Shown piece after piece: positions 48,150 to 61,794 of a stretch of 64,000 bases of DNA. The stretch comes from Ginglymostoma cirratum (lineage: Eukaryota), in assembly GCA_024137785.1 (NCBI GenBank), contig JAHRHZ010000034.1, forward strand, positions 26,796,920 through 26,860,919, in the 5' to 3' direction. Position 1 is the stretch's first letter. The number at the start of each line of letters is the position of its first letter. The notes under the pieces were generated by a model. That model did not search any database and was not told where the DNA came from. It saw only the letters and a list, made by a program, of their open reading frames with translations. Both the position numbers and the translations under genes were made by a program.

Positions 48150-51100
48150 ATTACACCAGTTTTTTCCCCAGTATTCTCTGCCAGTTTGATCTTTCCATAA
48201 TATGGAGGCATCAACTTGGGGTGGTGCTAATCCACAGGTGGTGAGAGATTTTTGGAATGTTTTTCTGGAAATCACGTTAATGTTTCCTGTAGTGCCAGTG
48301 ATGGCAGCGATACTGTGGTTCGGAGACAATCAATGCAAATTTCCCTGTATTAATACAGATTTCTAGAAAGGTAACATCCTGAGGAAATAGACACAAGCTA
48401 CATATTCTACTGGATTGGCCTGTCCTGAGAATCAACCTTGATTTGCTATTTGTTCCGAACTGGCATGTAAACTCAACTCCGGAGGGTATCAGACTACTCT
48501 CAGTACTTGCATCTTGCCAGGAACAAATATATAACACTCAGGCAGAGCTAATGCACCAACAATGACACACAGAAATTTAGTCAAAGAAACCTTTTATGAT
48601 GATCTCAGCTGGATCATCAGAGGAGTACTACACCAAAACAAATTAATGAACCTTGCTGATTTCAATGCCTGTACACTGTAGAAGGCAGCACTGGGATATG
48701 ATGGCATTTGCAGAGTAAACCTCTAAGGCTACAATCTTCAAGTGCAAACTTTCACCTCACCATCACAGGCTAAATCTTTGATCAAGGTTGTAAACATTAA
48801 AACTATACAGATTCACCCTATATCTGAATATTGGCACGTTTTAGATTATGTTATTATGTGACAGAAACTTCAAAGGTGCACCCTGCTTCCTTCATGTTCA
48901 TAAGACCATTAACTTGCCAGAAACATGATGTCCTTGAAGCTAACATGTAAAGCCCTTCAATAATATTGGATCATGAAGAAAGGTTGATGTAGCTGTACTG
49001 AAAGATATGGTCAAGAAACAGGAACTGAAACAAAAATTAGCTGTAAGATAGAAATAACATTGGCATTGAAACTCCTCTTATGAATAGTGGAGGGACTCCT
49101 GTTTTGAAGAGCAAGTGAAAGCATTGCACCTGAGATTCTTAGATTTGTCAATCGAAGCACTAAGATTTTTTTGATAAGAAAATCCAAGCTCTAGATGACA
49201 TGTACAACGTTTGCAGGTGCTACATATCTGACCCATACAATTCGCAGAAAGAGAAGCCAGATTCCATCCAACAAAGTCATGCTGTAGCCCAAACTAAGAT
49301 GAAGAGCCAATTGCGAGAGAGCAAGGCTTCACAGTTTTAGGAAGCTGCTGATAAGTATGATCAGGTCTCTGAACTGTTTATGGCTCAAAAACTGTTAGTT
49401 ATGCACCTGTCCTCTCAACAGGCAGCAATTCTAACCTAACAAATGTGAGATTCTCTTTTGATGCTCAAAGCACTTTAACAATCTCCTGAATCAAGAATCC
49501 ACAGCGTACTGCTGAATTCCTTCTATAGCACCATGTTCTCAATGACCTTCCCCTCAATCCATCTAAAGCTGAGGTTGTCAACGATTGTGGGTAAGTTTCT
49601 GGGAACCAATGGCATTCCACTGAAAGTATTCACGTACAGAGAAACTTATATTGTTAGCAAACTCCTCTTACCTTTTCCGCTTAATCTGAAACCACAGCAC
49701 TGTTTCCTATAGTTACAAGGATGTTTCTAAAGTTCACCTGTACTAACAGAAGGGAGCAAATCCCATCTATCACAATCATCGTGGTATTTTGCTTCTCCCT
49801 GTAACAGGAAAGATTCTTGCAAACATTATTCTCAACAAGATTATTGGTCCATTTTATAGACTGGGTGTTCAGAATTACAGTGCTTTTTGTGCTTGATGAG
49901 GAATGGCCAAATGTGATCACTGAGACACGTCAAATGCAAGAAAAGTGTTTGAGCAGAACAAGGACCTGCACGTGGTGTTTGTTGATTTTCACCAAAGCTG
50001 CCTTTTTATTAAACCATGAAGGCCTGTGGAATGTGCTGTGTAACATGACTAGCCTGAAAGGATGAACAAGGCCATATGCTGATTTCATGATGACATGATG
50101 CCCAGTGTGATAAAGAGCAGTGTCTTATCGGATGCTTTTCCTGGTATCATGCAAGGCAGTGTAGTGACTCCAGTTCTGCTCGGCATTTACTTTTTGGTTA
50201 TGTTCTTGTATGCCCACACAAGTTTTGAAATAGGAGTACATACATAATTCAGGACAAACTGCAACCTCTTTAGTCAGGAAAGACTCAAGGCTTGTGCAAA
50301 TATTACAGAAGTGACTAAGCGAGCTCCTGTTTGCTGATGGCTCTGCTCTCATAACAAACGCAAGACAGGGCACCCTGCTGCTAGTTGACTGCTTTGGACT
50401 GACAATAAATTAGAAAAAGACACATCTTGTACCAATCTGCCCCTGACAACAAGCTCCAAGACTCCATAACATCATCAACAATACTCAGTTCAGAATTCAA
50501 TTATCTTGGGAGTACCTTTTCAACACCTGATGAAATTGCCTAAAGCCTAGCAAAAAGAAGCACAGTATTTAAGATAACAAGGTGTGGAGCTGGATGAACA
50601 CAGCAGGCCAAGCAGCATCATAGGAGCAGGAAAGCATGATGTTTCGGGCCTAGACCCTTCATCAGAAATGGGGGAGGGGAAGAGGGTTCTGAAATAAATA
50701 GGGAGAGAGGGGGAGGCCGATAGGAGATGGATAGAGGATTTTGGTATTCAGTAGGTTTATCCACAGGGATGTGGGAGCATGCATTTTTTTCTGAAAACAA
50801 AGATCAAAATCCACCTGGTATTGGTTCTGCAATCTGATCTCTGTGATTGTGAGGCCTGGATGATCTACCAATGTCACGTAAAGTATTAGATGCATTCTAC
50901 GTTTGCATCTTGAGGTCTGTAACATCAAATGGCAGGACCAAATCACTAATATTAGTCCTTGTAAGGTGCTGCATATCTAATAGTGAGAGCAATCAATAGT
51001 GAAGCTCTGCTTGACTGAATTGACCCTGTGATTTGCATGTGTACCAGTATTGTACACCAGCTGACAACAGGTACTCCTGTAACCTAAGCGTAAAGGCACT

Positions 51101-51190
51101 CTGAAATCCACTCGTAGGATGGGCAAGTTGAACCATAATACATGGGGGTAAAGTTTATAACTCTGGACAGATCCAAGTGGCACTGTTGCT
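48150..51190 (+). mobile_element. Heavily decayed, near full-length RTE-clade LINE
   Basis: APE remnants KETFYDDL..LADFNA (~48583-48670), WHVLDYVI; RT remnants NHRGILLL..GKILANIILN, RQMQEKC, VFVDFTKA, ELLFADG (50321-50340), FNYLGS. Confidence 0.75.
50571..50740 (-). mobile_element. Family A hammerhead element with adjoining PLE 3' sequence, inserted in the RTE
   Basis: Minus strand CTGATGAAGGGTCTAGGCCCGAAACATC; adjacent gaaataaataggg matches the PLE 3' region at ~39530. Confidence 0.8.
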
Positions 51191-52261
51191 GTTATCAGGC
51201 AGTCTCAATATTTCATGATAGAGTCAAGTCCCTATTCGACAAGTAAGTGCAAGATTTTTTGGTGCCCCTCAATTTAATGATAAGACAGATATCAATTACA
51301 ATCTTAGACAGAGTTTTGAGAGAACCAGTCTCAATATTTGCCTTGATTTGGTATAAGATGCATTCCAGGTTCAAAATGTTTCAACAGGTTTGAACCACTT
51401 ATTAGATTTGTTCATAAGTACAAAAGAAATAATATTTAGTAAAAAGCTGAACTTCTGGCCTACACAAGTTTGTAACACTGGTTTGACTGAGTACCGCTTT
51501 CTATTCTGCTGACTGAAATTCTTCTGTCTTTGGTCTTAGTTCTTGTGCATCAGGCTGCTAAAACACAAGCCTTATTTCCCATCGCTAGCCATTACCCTCT
51601 GCGCATGACCAAACACATCCTGATTAACTAACTTATCAGTGAACAGTTCATAGTCAGTTTTAGATTGACTGTGTAGTTCATGCTGAATTCCTGATTGCCA
51701 TTACTTTTAAAGAAGCCAGCAATGGTGACATAATTTCCTACTGTCTCTTCATTCATTCTTTCACAAGCCAATCATATAAAATCATCTCCTCTATAGTAGT
51801 TTGTCACTCTTGATAAAAATCTATGGTATTCTACGTTAAGGTGGCACCAAAGAACAATTAATATGTCTGCTTAGAATATGTAGTGTGTAACCTATTTGTG
51901 AATAACTAGGATATCTCAAATGATGTATCCGAATATTCTCCAAAATCTATCTGTATTCTTCAACAATAATAAACCATGTCTAACAACTGCATAACAACTT
52001 TTGATACGTAAACTAAATTAAAGTTCAAAGTAACCATACAAACCATTATACATAGGCCTGTTACATACTTAATGTTCCCATTTCAAACCATAGCTATACC
52101 TTTAAGTAAAAGTTATGTCTGTTAGCTTAAGTTTACATTAACTTGAGCCATAAACTACAATAAAACCGTAAACCTTTTGACCCAGCCGTATGATTTGTTG
52201 TCTGCAAAAATTGTTTAACCTTTAACCACAATGAAACATAAGCGGTATTACGCATCTTAAA

Positions 52262-53805
52262 AAGTATTAAGATAGATATGTCCCCAGGCCCTGATGGGAT
52301 CTTCCCAGAATATTGAGGAAGGCAAGACAACAAATTGCTGGAGCGTTGACAGACATCTCTGTATCCTCGTTGGCCACAGGTGAGGTCCTAGAGGCCTGGA
52401 GAATAGCCAGTGTTGTCCCATTGTTTACGAAGAATAGCAAGAATAATCCTGGAAATTACAGGCCTGTGAGTCTCATGTCGGTGGTAGGAAAATTGTTGGA
52501 AAAGATTCTCAAGAACAAGTTCTATACGCATTTAGAAGCAAATGGACTTATTAGCAATAGACAACATGATTTTGTGTGGGAGAGGTCGTGCCTCACTAAC
52601 TCGATTGAGTTTTTTGAGGAGGTGACGAAGATGATTGATGAGGGAAAAGCAGTTGTTGTTGTCGTCGACATGGACTTCAGTAAAACCTTTGACAAGGTCC
52701 CTCATGGCAGTCTGGTACAAAAGGTGAAGTCATGTGGTATTGGCTGAGCTGGCAAGATGGATACAGAACTGGCTTAGTCATGGAAGACAGAGGGTAGCAG
52801 TGGAAGGATGGAAGGTTCTACAGGGATCAGTGCTGAGACCTCTGCTGTTTGGGATCTACACAAATGATTTGGAGGAAATCGTAGCTGGTCTAATTAGTAA
52901 GTTTACGGACGATACAAAGATTGGTGGAGAGTTGCAGATAGTGAGGAGAATTGTCAGAGGATGCATGGTGGTTGGAGGCATGGGCAGGAAAATGGCAGAT
53001 GGAGTTTCATGTAGACATGTGAGGTGATGCATTTTGGAAGGTTAAGTACAGTTGGAAATTATGCAGGGAATGATAGAACCCTTAATAGTATTGATATGCA
53101 GAGGGATCTGGGTGTGCATGTCCACAGATGGCGGAGATGGCGCAGGTAGATAAGGTAGTAAAAAGACTTATGGCATGCTTGCCTTCATTGTAAGGGGCAT
53201 TGAGTATAAGGACAGGCAAGTTGTGCTGTGGCTTTATAGAATTTTAGTTAGGCCACACCTGGAATATTGTGTACAGTTCTGGTCACCACACTACCAGAAG
53301 GAAGTAGATGCTTTGGAGAGGGTACAGAAAAGGTTTACAAGGATGTTGCCTTGTACAGGGGATTTTAGCTATGAAGAAATGTTGGCTAAACTGTGTTTGT
53401 TTTCACTGGAATGCGGGAGGTTGAGGAGCAACCTGATAGAAGTTTATAAGGTTGTGAATGGCATGGATAGAGTGGAAATTATGAGGCTTTTTCTGAGGAT
53501 GGAGGGGTCAATTACTTGGGGACACAGGTTCAAGGTGTGAAGGGCAAGTTTAAAAGTGATGTGCGAGGCAAATTTCTCACACAAATGGTGTTGAGTGCCT
53601 GGAACACGCTGCCAGAGGAGGTGGTGGAAATAGACACAATAGCAGCATTCAAGAAGTAGCTGGACGAATACGTGAATAGAAAGGGAATAGAGGGATACGG
53701 ATCCTGTAAGTGAAGACACTTTTAGTATGGAAGTGCAAAATGTATCAACACAGGTTTGGAGGGCCAAAGGGCCTGTTCCTGTGCTGTCTCGTTCTTTGTT
53801 ATTTG
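52262..53805 (+). mobile_element. CR1 LINE ORF2 3' half with frameshifts
   Basis: WRIASVVPLF..NPGNYRPVSL, SCLTN, DFSKTFDKVPH, QGSVL, KFTDDTK, LVRPHLEYCVQFWSP; CR1 3' tail. Confidence 0.95.
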
Positions 53806-54994
53806 TATGATGTAATCTAATTCCTCATTTGCTTAATCAACTCAAATCTATTAATTTACAAAGAATTCAATTCTACAGAAGCATGGCACAAAACCAGGCC
53901 TCCAGCATTGAGTTCATACTTATGATTTGCAATTGAATCTACAAATTTGAGATTTGGTTCAATATCACATATGAAATGACATCAAGCATTTATCTAGAAA
54001 TTTAACTTGAATAATGTTGACAAAGCACATCTCATTTTGTGAGATTTCTATTTAAGCTAAAATAATTTTACTTACATAATTTCATATCGTAGCATCCAAA
54101 ATATTGATGCATATGTTTAATATTTTCTTGTGCTGTCAAAGCAGATGAAGTCATTATCACTTGTGTTCCACCTTTAATGGAATTATAGCTCCAATAAACT
54201 TTAAGCAGGGAGAAGAAGAATGTAGTTTTTGGTCTTGAAAGAAAGTGATTGAGAAGCCATTTTATGGACTTAAATTTAAGATAGTAAACAGGAACAAATA
54301 TACATCCAGAATGTGACTTCAAGGTTAAACTAAAATAGGGTAAAGGCATAAAATTTAAATTGACCAAACCTAACTGTAGTGCTTAAAGGAACTGTAAGAT
54401 ATAGAAGTATAATTAGGCCATTCAGCTCATCGATGTCAGCAGTGTTTTTCTAGCACAACACTGAACAAGTGGTTGAACTTTGAGTAGGACCATAGTGGGA
54501 AATATACTACAATAATGGAAGACACAGTTGGATGCTGCTGTGATTAGTGGGAAAGTACCACTGATTTATCTGAATTTCTGAGAAATTAGCAGTTAGTCTT
54601 AAACAGTTGTGAAGGACATGAAATTTGTATTATTAATTTTGGAAAGCCCTTTTTGTTCTTGATTTTAAAATTCTCATCCTTGTTTTCAAATCCCTCCATG
54701 TCCTTCACCCTCCTTATCCTTGTAACCTCCTCCAACTGAGATTTCTGGGCTCAACTAATTCTGGCCTCTTATCCATTCTTGAAGGTAAATGCACTACAGT
54801 TGATGGCCTGCCACCAGTTGAATTGATCCCGTAAGCAATGAGATTTCCTTCTTACATCTCTCTGCCTCTTTAGGTCATTTTTGACCTTTCAGACCCTCTA
54901 TAAATTCTACCTGTGACAAATGTTTGGTCATTGATCCTAAGTCTTCAAATCTGAAAGCATTCTTTACATGGAAGGTGTTATATTTGTTGCTGAG

Positions 54995-56145
54995 AGGGTT
55001 GGTTTAGTTCTGTTGGATGAATAGCTGGTTTGTGGTGCAGGGTGATGCCAACAGTGTGGAGCCAATCCTTGTGCTGGCTGAGGTACAACAAAGAACAAAG
55101 AAAATTACAGCACAGGAACAAGCCCTTTGGCCCTCCAAGCCTGCGCCGATCAAGATCCTCTGTCTAAACCCGTCATCTGTTTTCTAAGGGTCTGTATCCC
55201 TTTGCTCCCTGTCCATCCATGCACCTGTCCAGATACTTCTTAAAAGACACTAACGTGTCTGCGTCTACCACCTCCGCTGGCAACGTGTTCCAGGCACCCA
55301 CCACCCTCTGCGTAAAGAACTTTCCATGCATATCTCCCGTAAACTTTCCTCCTCTCACTTTGAACTCATGACCCCTAGTAATAGTGTCCCCCACTCTGGG
55401 AAAAAGCTTCTTGCTATCCACCTTGTCTATACCCCTCATGATTTTGTAGACCTCAATCAGGTCCCCCCTCAATACCCGTTTTTCTAATGAAAATAATCCT
55501 AGTTTACTCAACCTCTCTTCATAGCTAGCGCCCTCCATACCAGGCAATATCCTGGTGAACCTCCTCTGCACCCTCTCCAAAGCATCCACATCCTTTTGGT
55601 AATGTGGCAACCAGAACTGTATGCAGTACTCTAAATGAGGCCGAACCAAAGTCTTATACAACTGTAACATGACCTGCCAGCTCTTGTACTCAATATCCCG
55701 TCCGATGAAGGAAAGCAGCCGTATGCCTTCTTGACCACTCTATTGACCTGTATTGCCACCTTCAGGGAACAATGGACCTGAACAGCCAGATCTCCCTGTA
55801 CATCAATTTTCCCCAGGACTTTTCCATTTACTGTATAGTTTGCTCTTGAATTAGATCTTCCAAAATGCATCACCTTGCATTTGCCCGAATTGAACTCCAT
55901 CTGCCATTTATCTGCCCAACTCTCCAATCTATCTATATTCTGCTGTAATCCCTGACAGTCCCCTTCACTATCTGCTACTCCACCAATCTTCGTGTCATCT
56001 GCAAACTGGTACTTATGAAGGATTTTTCTTTTCAACCTCTCCTCTCATTCAAGGCATGGTGCCCCTCAGGTTAAACCACTACCAGCCATTTGTCCTTAAT
56101 GAGAGAGCAGCCCTATGTTCTGGTAAGATTATGGTGACTTTACTT
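54995..56145 (+). mobile_element. Short tRNA-like SINE split by a CR1 insertion
   Basis: Head 54995-55086 (ggtttagttctgttgg...gatgccaacagtgtgg...gctgaggtac) resumes at 56013-56145 (ctcaggttaaaccac...gcagccctatg...ggtgactttactt). Confidence 0.55.
55087..56007 (-). mobile_element. Young 5'-truncated CR1 LINE
   Basis: FADDTKIGG...WADKWQMEFN; 165-aa ORF LVRPHLEYCIQFW...FFTQRVVGAWN; (TTCTTTG)n tail; GGTAC repeated at 55082-55086 / 56008-56012. Confidence 0.95.
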
Positions 56146-57094
56146 GGCCTTTGCTTTTACTTGTAGCTATAGGTTATTGTTCAATTTTCATAAATAGTGT
56201 AATTGCTCAAACAGTGCATCAAAGTGACCAAGAGTTAAAAACTAAAATGCTATTAAATTATGAAAACAATTGGAAAAGTATTTGGTAACCACTGGGAGTT
56301 AGGTTGTTAATCACCTGCTTTTAGGGAGCTAGCCAGATAAAAGACAATTTTGTTATAAACAGGAAATGTGTGTTTAGGTGGGAGTTGGCAGGAATGCTGT
56401 ATGAGTGACTGTGGAGACCTTTGGAGAGGAAATGGGAAAAACTGCATAAATACCTGAGTCAGTAATGATTTCATACAGTTCGGAAGACACGCAACCAAGT
56501 TTTGGAAATTCTTCGATATTCTGCAACATCACTGATTTTTCAATCTTTTTAGTGAATCGTTAAAAGCCCCTTTTTTTTGTTAAAATTGCTTAACTTCGGC
56601 TTCCAAATTAGCACCTTTTACTGCAAAGATAAAACTGACTTCATCTTTATACCAGAATTTTGGTAGGCTGCAAACTTTAGCTGAGTGTCAAGAAGAAATG
56701 AGGCAGACAGTGCCATCACTACTGACAGGCTAGCAATTATTCACAATTAATTCCTGCTTCACTGTTAAAACAATAGATTAAGAAATGGCAAGAAAACACT
56801 GAGATACACTTCAGGTGATCAAATCTGTTATGGATCTGGAGAGCTGTTTTGAGTCCTGTTATGCACTTAGTGAGACTTGTACTTGTGTGGATGAGGGTGC
56901 ATTTATTGTATGCAGCTGGAGCAACAGATGGGTAGGTAAAAATGATGGCCGAATTTAATCCACATTAGAGAGTACTCAGTGAACTCTGTCCCAAGAGTAC
57001 TTAATACCAGCCATTGACTATAGCTACTATTTGGCAGGGATTCCTGAAAAGCCAATCTAAGACGAGATGGGCGAAAAAGAGACCAGAGAAAATT

Positions 57095-57380
57095 TGTATT
57101 CCAATTATGCCTCAGAATTATCTTACAGGAGTTCAGATGTAATGAATTACTTGGAAATGCAATTACTTTTGTGTGGCAAAAGCCTCAACTGTTTTCTACA
57201 CAGCAAGATCCCCAAATTACTATTTGGTTCAATGGTCAGTTAATCTCTGTGGAAATGGTTGAGAAAAAAATGTTGAGCAAAACACCAGGACAACTGTCTT
57301 GCAAGAATAACAGGTCTTTGCTTTGTTTTCTTATTGAAAAGATGACAATTCTGACAACATAGCAATCCCTCACGGAGTAT
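57095..57380 (-). mobile_element. Very degraded Deu-domain SINE
   Basis: cacagcaagatccc...atggttgagaaaaaaatgttgagcaaaacaccagga...gatgacaattctgacaa resembles the reverse complement of the Deu domain. Confidence 0.45.
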
Positions 57381-57771
57381 TTACGTATCTGAAAAAAACT
57401 CTGACTTTTCTTTATTGCATTTTGAAGGCTAATGGGGTTATATTATTGCCAAGTTACTTTAATGCTGGCATTTCCTGTATATCATTCTGCATAGGAATGC
57501 TGGAGTTTTTATGCAATGTTGGTTTGTAAAGACTAGATACAACCATTAATAGATTGTCAAATGAGGTAAAAACATCTGTTCATAAAAGAATTCCACATCT
57601 GCGAGTATAATGGTCATAAAATAAGATTGCCTAAGCCAATTTTGCAAATCAAATCTGTTATTTTATTATTTTGAGTGTTTTGAAATACACAGGAGAAATT
57701 AAAGCTAAGTATTTTGCAAAGAAAAATTATGCAAAGAAAAACTAGTAAGAGCTGCATGTTTTAAAGTTCCT

Positions 57772-58240
57772 TCATAGGATATGGGCATCACTGGCCAAGC
57801 CAGCATTTATTGCCCATCGCTAATTACCCAGAGGGTAGTTAAGTATCAATTTCATTACTCTGATTCCGGAGTCATGTGCAGGCCAGACCAGGTAAGGATG
57901 ACAGCTTCTTTCTTCAAAGGACATTAGTGAACCAGATGGGATTTTCTGAGAAGTATAGAGAAAAAGAAGCAACCCTGCCCCCAGCCCCCAATCCAGCACG
58001 TTCTGGTGTAATAATTTTAGTGCTGACTAATCTTGAATTAGTCAATTGGGTTAATTTGCACACAAACTTGAAGGAGTCGATGAGAGTTTAATTTCCAGAG
58101 CATCAGTTGACTTTTCTCACATTGGCCTCAGGACTGAGAATTGAATGTGCTGGGAGTAATGGCTGGCTTTAATTGAAATGCCAGAGATGGGCAATTAAAG
58201 CTGGCCTAGACAGTGATGCTCACATACCGTGAATGAATAT
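57772..58240. mobile_element. gggcaataaatgc-tail SINE fragments in opposite orientations
   Basis: 57772-57945 minus (ccagcatttattgccc...ggacattagtgaaccagatggg); 58185-58240 plus (gggcaattaaagctggcctag...gaatgaat). Confidence 0.65.
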
Positions 58241-59004
58241 AAAACAAAAATTGCTGGGAGCATTTTGACCACAAAGGGAAATGAAGAATAAGAGAAACTG
58301 GCTGGGAAAGTGGAATTGAGGTAGATGACGGCCATCATCACAGAAAATTGTGTCGCAGGATCAAGGAGTTGTCTACTCCTATTCCCATCTCATTTATTCT
58401 TATGAATTGGTGACAATTAAAAACATGTTCTAAACCATTAGATTGCCAAAATATATTTAGCTTTGAAAATAGTGTGAGGATCTTTTACCCCATTGTTGAT
58501 CTGTTGCTCTTATTTCCCACTGAACATTCAGTTGCAAATCAAATATACTTGCCAGCTTTTGCAGACCTGTGTACCTTTTCTCTTCATTGTGTAGAACACG
58601 AAGCCTCTCCATTACATTCAAATCAAGATAGGAACTTTCTGTGTGGAATGAACGTAAACTCATGTCCTACTCTTCTATACTGCAGTGCAATAGTACTTAA
58701 ATTTGCACCTTTGCCAGGCTTGTGCACCAGTTCAGTCTTTAATCTCTTCAGCTTCTTGACTTTTCTTTTGATCATGTTGTTGCAGTAGATTCTACTAGTC
58801 TTCAAAGCCTTATGAGCCATTAAATATTCCCCTTCATAAATTAGACCAAAGCAGAATAAAGAAAACTAAGGCAATTCAACTTGCTTCATTTTGAATTCCA
58901 GAAAGTATACTTCAGATATTTCTTTTAGTATTCTTTATCAATATATTGCATGTTGCTGTTTATCTCAGTACAGCTAACTCAAACCTGAATTAGCTGCTGT
59001 ATCT

Positions 59005-59124
59005 GAGATAGCAGGAACCGCAGATGCTGGAGAATCTGAGATAACAAGGTGTAGAGCTGGATGAACACAGCAGGCCAAGCAGCATCAGAGGAGCAGGAAA
59101 GCTGATGTTTCGGGCCTAGACCCT
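59005..59124 (-). mobile_element. Family A PLE-terminus repeat truncated within the hammerhead
   Basis: gagatagcaggaaccgcagatgctggagaatctgagataacaaggtgtagagctgg...gtttcgggcctagaccc. Confidence 0.85.
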
Positions 59125-59649
59125 GAATCTACTATTTTAAAAAAAACTGGTTGCTTTGAGTTAGGTTTTAACAAATTCTCTATTTCTTATAGTGTTTTCT
59201 GCTTTCCAGTAAGTATTTTCTTTTGAAGATATGCTTTGCCAACTTGCTTATTTTTGAAATATAGTGAATTACAGTGCAAGAGGGTCATTATTGTAACAAT
59301 TCTGATGTGGTCTGCTTTCTTCTCACAGATGTTGCCAGACCTGCTGAGTTTCTCCACTGATTCTATTTTTGTTTAAGATCTTTGTATGTATGTTCCAGCC
59401 ATTTACTGACGCGGGGTGGTGGTGGTCTCTGCCATTGCCTCTCTTGAATCACTTAGCAAGAAAGGAAATACTAAATCAACACAATGTGGCTTGCCTTCCA
59501 ACATTGCTAAGTGCAAATTGGCTCAGTGTGATAAGTCACTGCTCTTCAAAGTAATGCCTTATATGTATTGTTGAGATATTTTAAGAGATTTGGTAAGATA
59601 TTTTATATATGCAAATTAGACCTTATTTTGTTAATTTTTGTTAGCATCC

Positions 59650-60235
59650 AGTTATGGAAAGTGGTTAGGAAGGCAAATGGAATCTTGTTCATTTTAAGGG
59701 GAAAGGAATATGAAAGCATAAAGCTTGGCTACAGCTGATTTACTGTCTTTACTGTGTGTACTGATGTACTGTGTTTATTTTTGATGTTCTTATTGAAGAA
59801 ATAATATATAAGTTGCATGGGAAGCAATGCAAAGAACGTTCATTTGATTTTCTGGGACAAAAGTTATGAGAAAGATTGGGCCTACATCTAGTGGAATTTC
59901 GAAGAATGACTGGTGATCTTACTGATGGATGTTACATATTGGATGCTGAGGGATCTTGACAGTTTAGATGTTGAAAAGATGTTTCCCTTTGTGGGAGAGA
60001 CTAGAACTAAGGGACACAACTTGAAAAATCATTTTTGAGACTGAAATGCAGATAATCCTTTTTCTGATGATTATTAGAGGAATTCTCTTCCCCAGGGAAC
60101 AGTGGATGCAGGGTCACTGTACAGAGGGTATAAGAAAGTAGAGGCCACAACCAACTCATCCATGATGTTAACGAATGGCAGAGCAGCAGTTCTGAGGGAC
60201 AGACTGGCCTACATATCCTAAATTCCTTCCCTTGT
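59650..60235 (+). mobile_element. Old CR1 3' fragment
   Basis: gtggttaggaaggcaaatggaatcttg; gatgtttccctttgtgggagagactagaactaagggacaca; aatggcagagcag...ggcctac. Confidence 0.65.
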
Positions 60236-60729
60236 TCCGTCAAATAAATGATTTGGCATACATTCAGCACCAAAGCTACGTTGTATGGGCAACATTACAA
60301 GCCAAGGTATGAGAAATCACATCTTTGTCATGCTGGCACAGTGTATCTGTGTATGCTACAAGTCCACTATTGCCACTGCTATGTTAAAGGGTCTCTTCCA
60401 ACTTGCACACTGTTATCTCTTTTCCTTAGTCATCATATTTCTCACTTATATGCTGCCCCTTTGTGCTGTGATTTGAAAATGCATCATTTTCCACAGTTAT
60501 GCTGGCAACGCCTCTCTTGATCTCTGTACTGTAAACAGATAAGTTGTGTTTATCCAGAATCAGATACTGAATGAGGAGTAGTTTCCTTCAGTCAAATATT
60601 AGGAAGATGCAGCTATTTCCTTCAGTCCCTGCCACAATCTCCATTCTCTTAACACTGACTTATCCTTCTCCCTGACTACTCTCTGAGGCCAAAGCACATT
60701 GTTCAATCTGCTTCAACCTAAGGTTCTCT

Positions 60730-61790
60730 CTTACCTCTGAGCATGTTCATTTCTTTGAATGCTACCCTATCTCCTTTTCCTTTTGGCCTGTCTCTCCTAA
60801 ATACCGAATATCCTTGGATATTCACTTCCCAGTCTTGGTCACTCTGCAGCCATATTTCTGAAATGACATTTAAATCATACACATTCACCTCAATTTATGT
60901 ATTTCAATTAACAACCTTTTTGGGAAAGCAACCTAGCTTCAGTTGCTTGCCTCGGCTTCAACCGTCTTCTGTTGCTTTCTACTTTTCTGCATTCTTTTAC
61001 TAGATTGGGTTCCCTTGAATTGCGCTCCCTGGCCCTGCTCTGCTGCAGTCCATTCCGTCTTGTATAAGTCCCACCTGTCCCAGAACCGATCCCAATGCCT
61101 CAGAAATCTTGTGGTCTCCCTCAAAACCAGTTCTCCAACAAGGTGTTCGATCTGTCAATTCTCTTAGTTTTGTGCTAACTAATACGTGGGGCGAGAAGTA
61201 ATCTTGAAAGTACTGTTCAGAAGTCAGGCTTTTCAAGCTTGTTCCTGGTTTGTTGAAATTTACTTTCAGAACCTCATTCCACTTCTTCTAATTTGTATCA
61301 CCATGGACCACAGCCTGTGGCTGTCCATCCTTGTGTGGAGAACATCCTACAGCTGCTCCTTGACATTTTTGACCCTGGTAACAGAGAGTTAACGTGTCAT
61401 CCTGGAGTCACATGCAAGACCACTGAAACACCTGTCTGTCCCGTAATTAACAAATAGTTTATTTCTACTACTTTTCCCTCACCTCTTCCTTCCCACCTGT
61501 ACAGTTGAGTGACCAGTGGGATCAGAAACTTTGCTGTGATTGCACTCCTCGAAGGAACCAACATCATGACTAGTATCCAAAACCAAAAATGGATTAACTA
61601 GTGGGAACCTGGGGGGACTTCTGCAGGTAGGTTCCAGTCGTAATAACCACTGGTTCTCTTGGACTGTCTGGCCACCCATTCCCTTTCTGCTTCCATGCTC
61701 CTATTCTACAGAGTAACCATCTGTCTGAATGAGCTATCCGCATATCTCTCAGCCTTTAAGATGTACCACAGTGACTCCAGCCGCTACTTG
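60730..61790 (-). mobile_element. CR1 ORF1 (SGNH-esterase-type) / ORF2-start remnant
   Basis: RFLRHWDRFWDRWDLYK motif (ORF 60939-61124), typical of CR1 ORF1 esterase domains; downstream AISEMWLQSDQDWEVNIQGY (APE start). Confidence 0.7.
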
Positions 61791-61794
61791 AGTT

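Noticed and set aside
56248-56290. LLNYEN resembling the start of ZEB exon 2
   Set aside because: No upstream polypyrimidine/AG, and a stop follows within a few codons.
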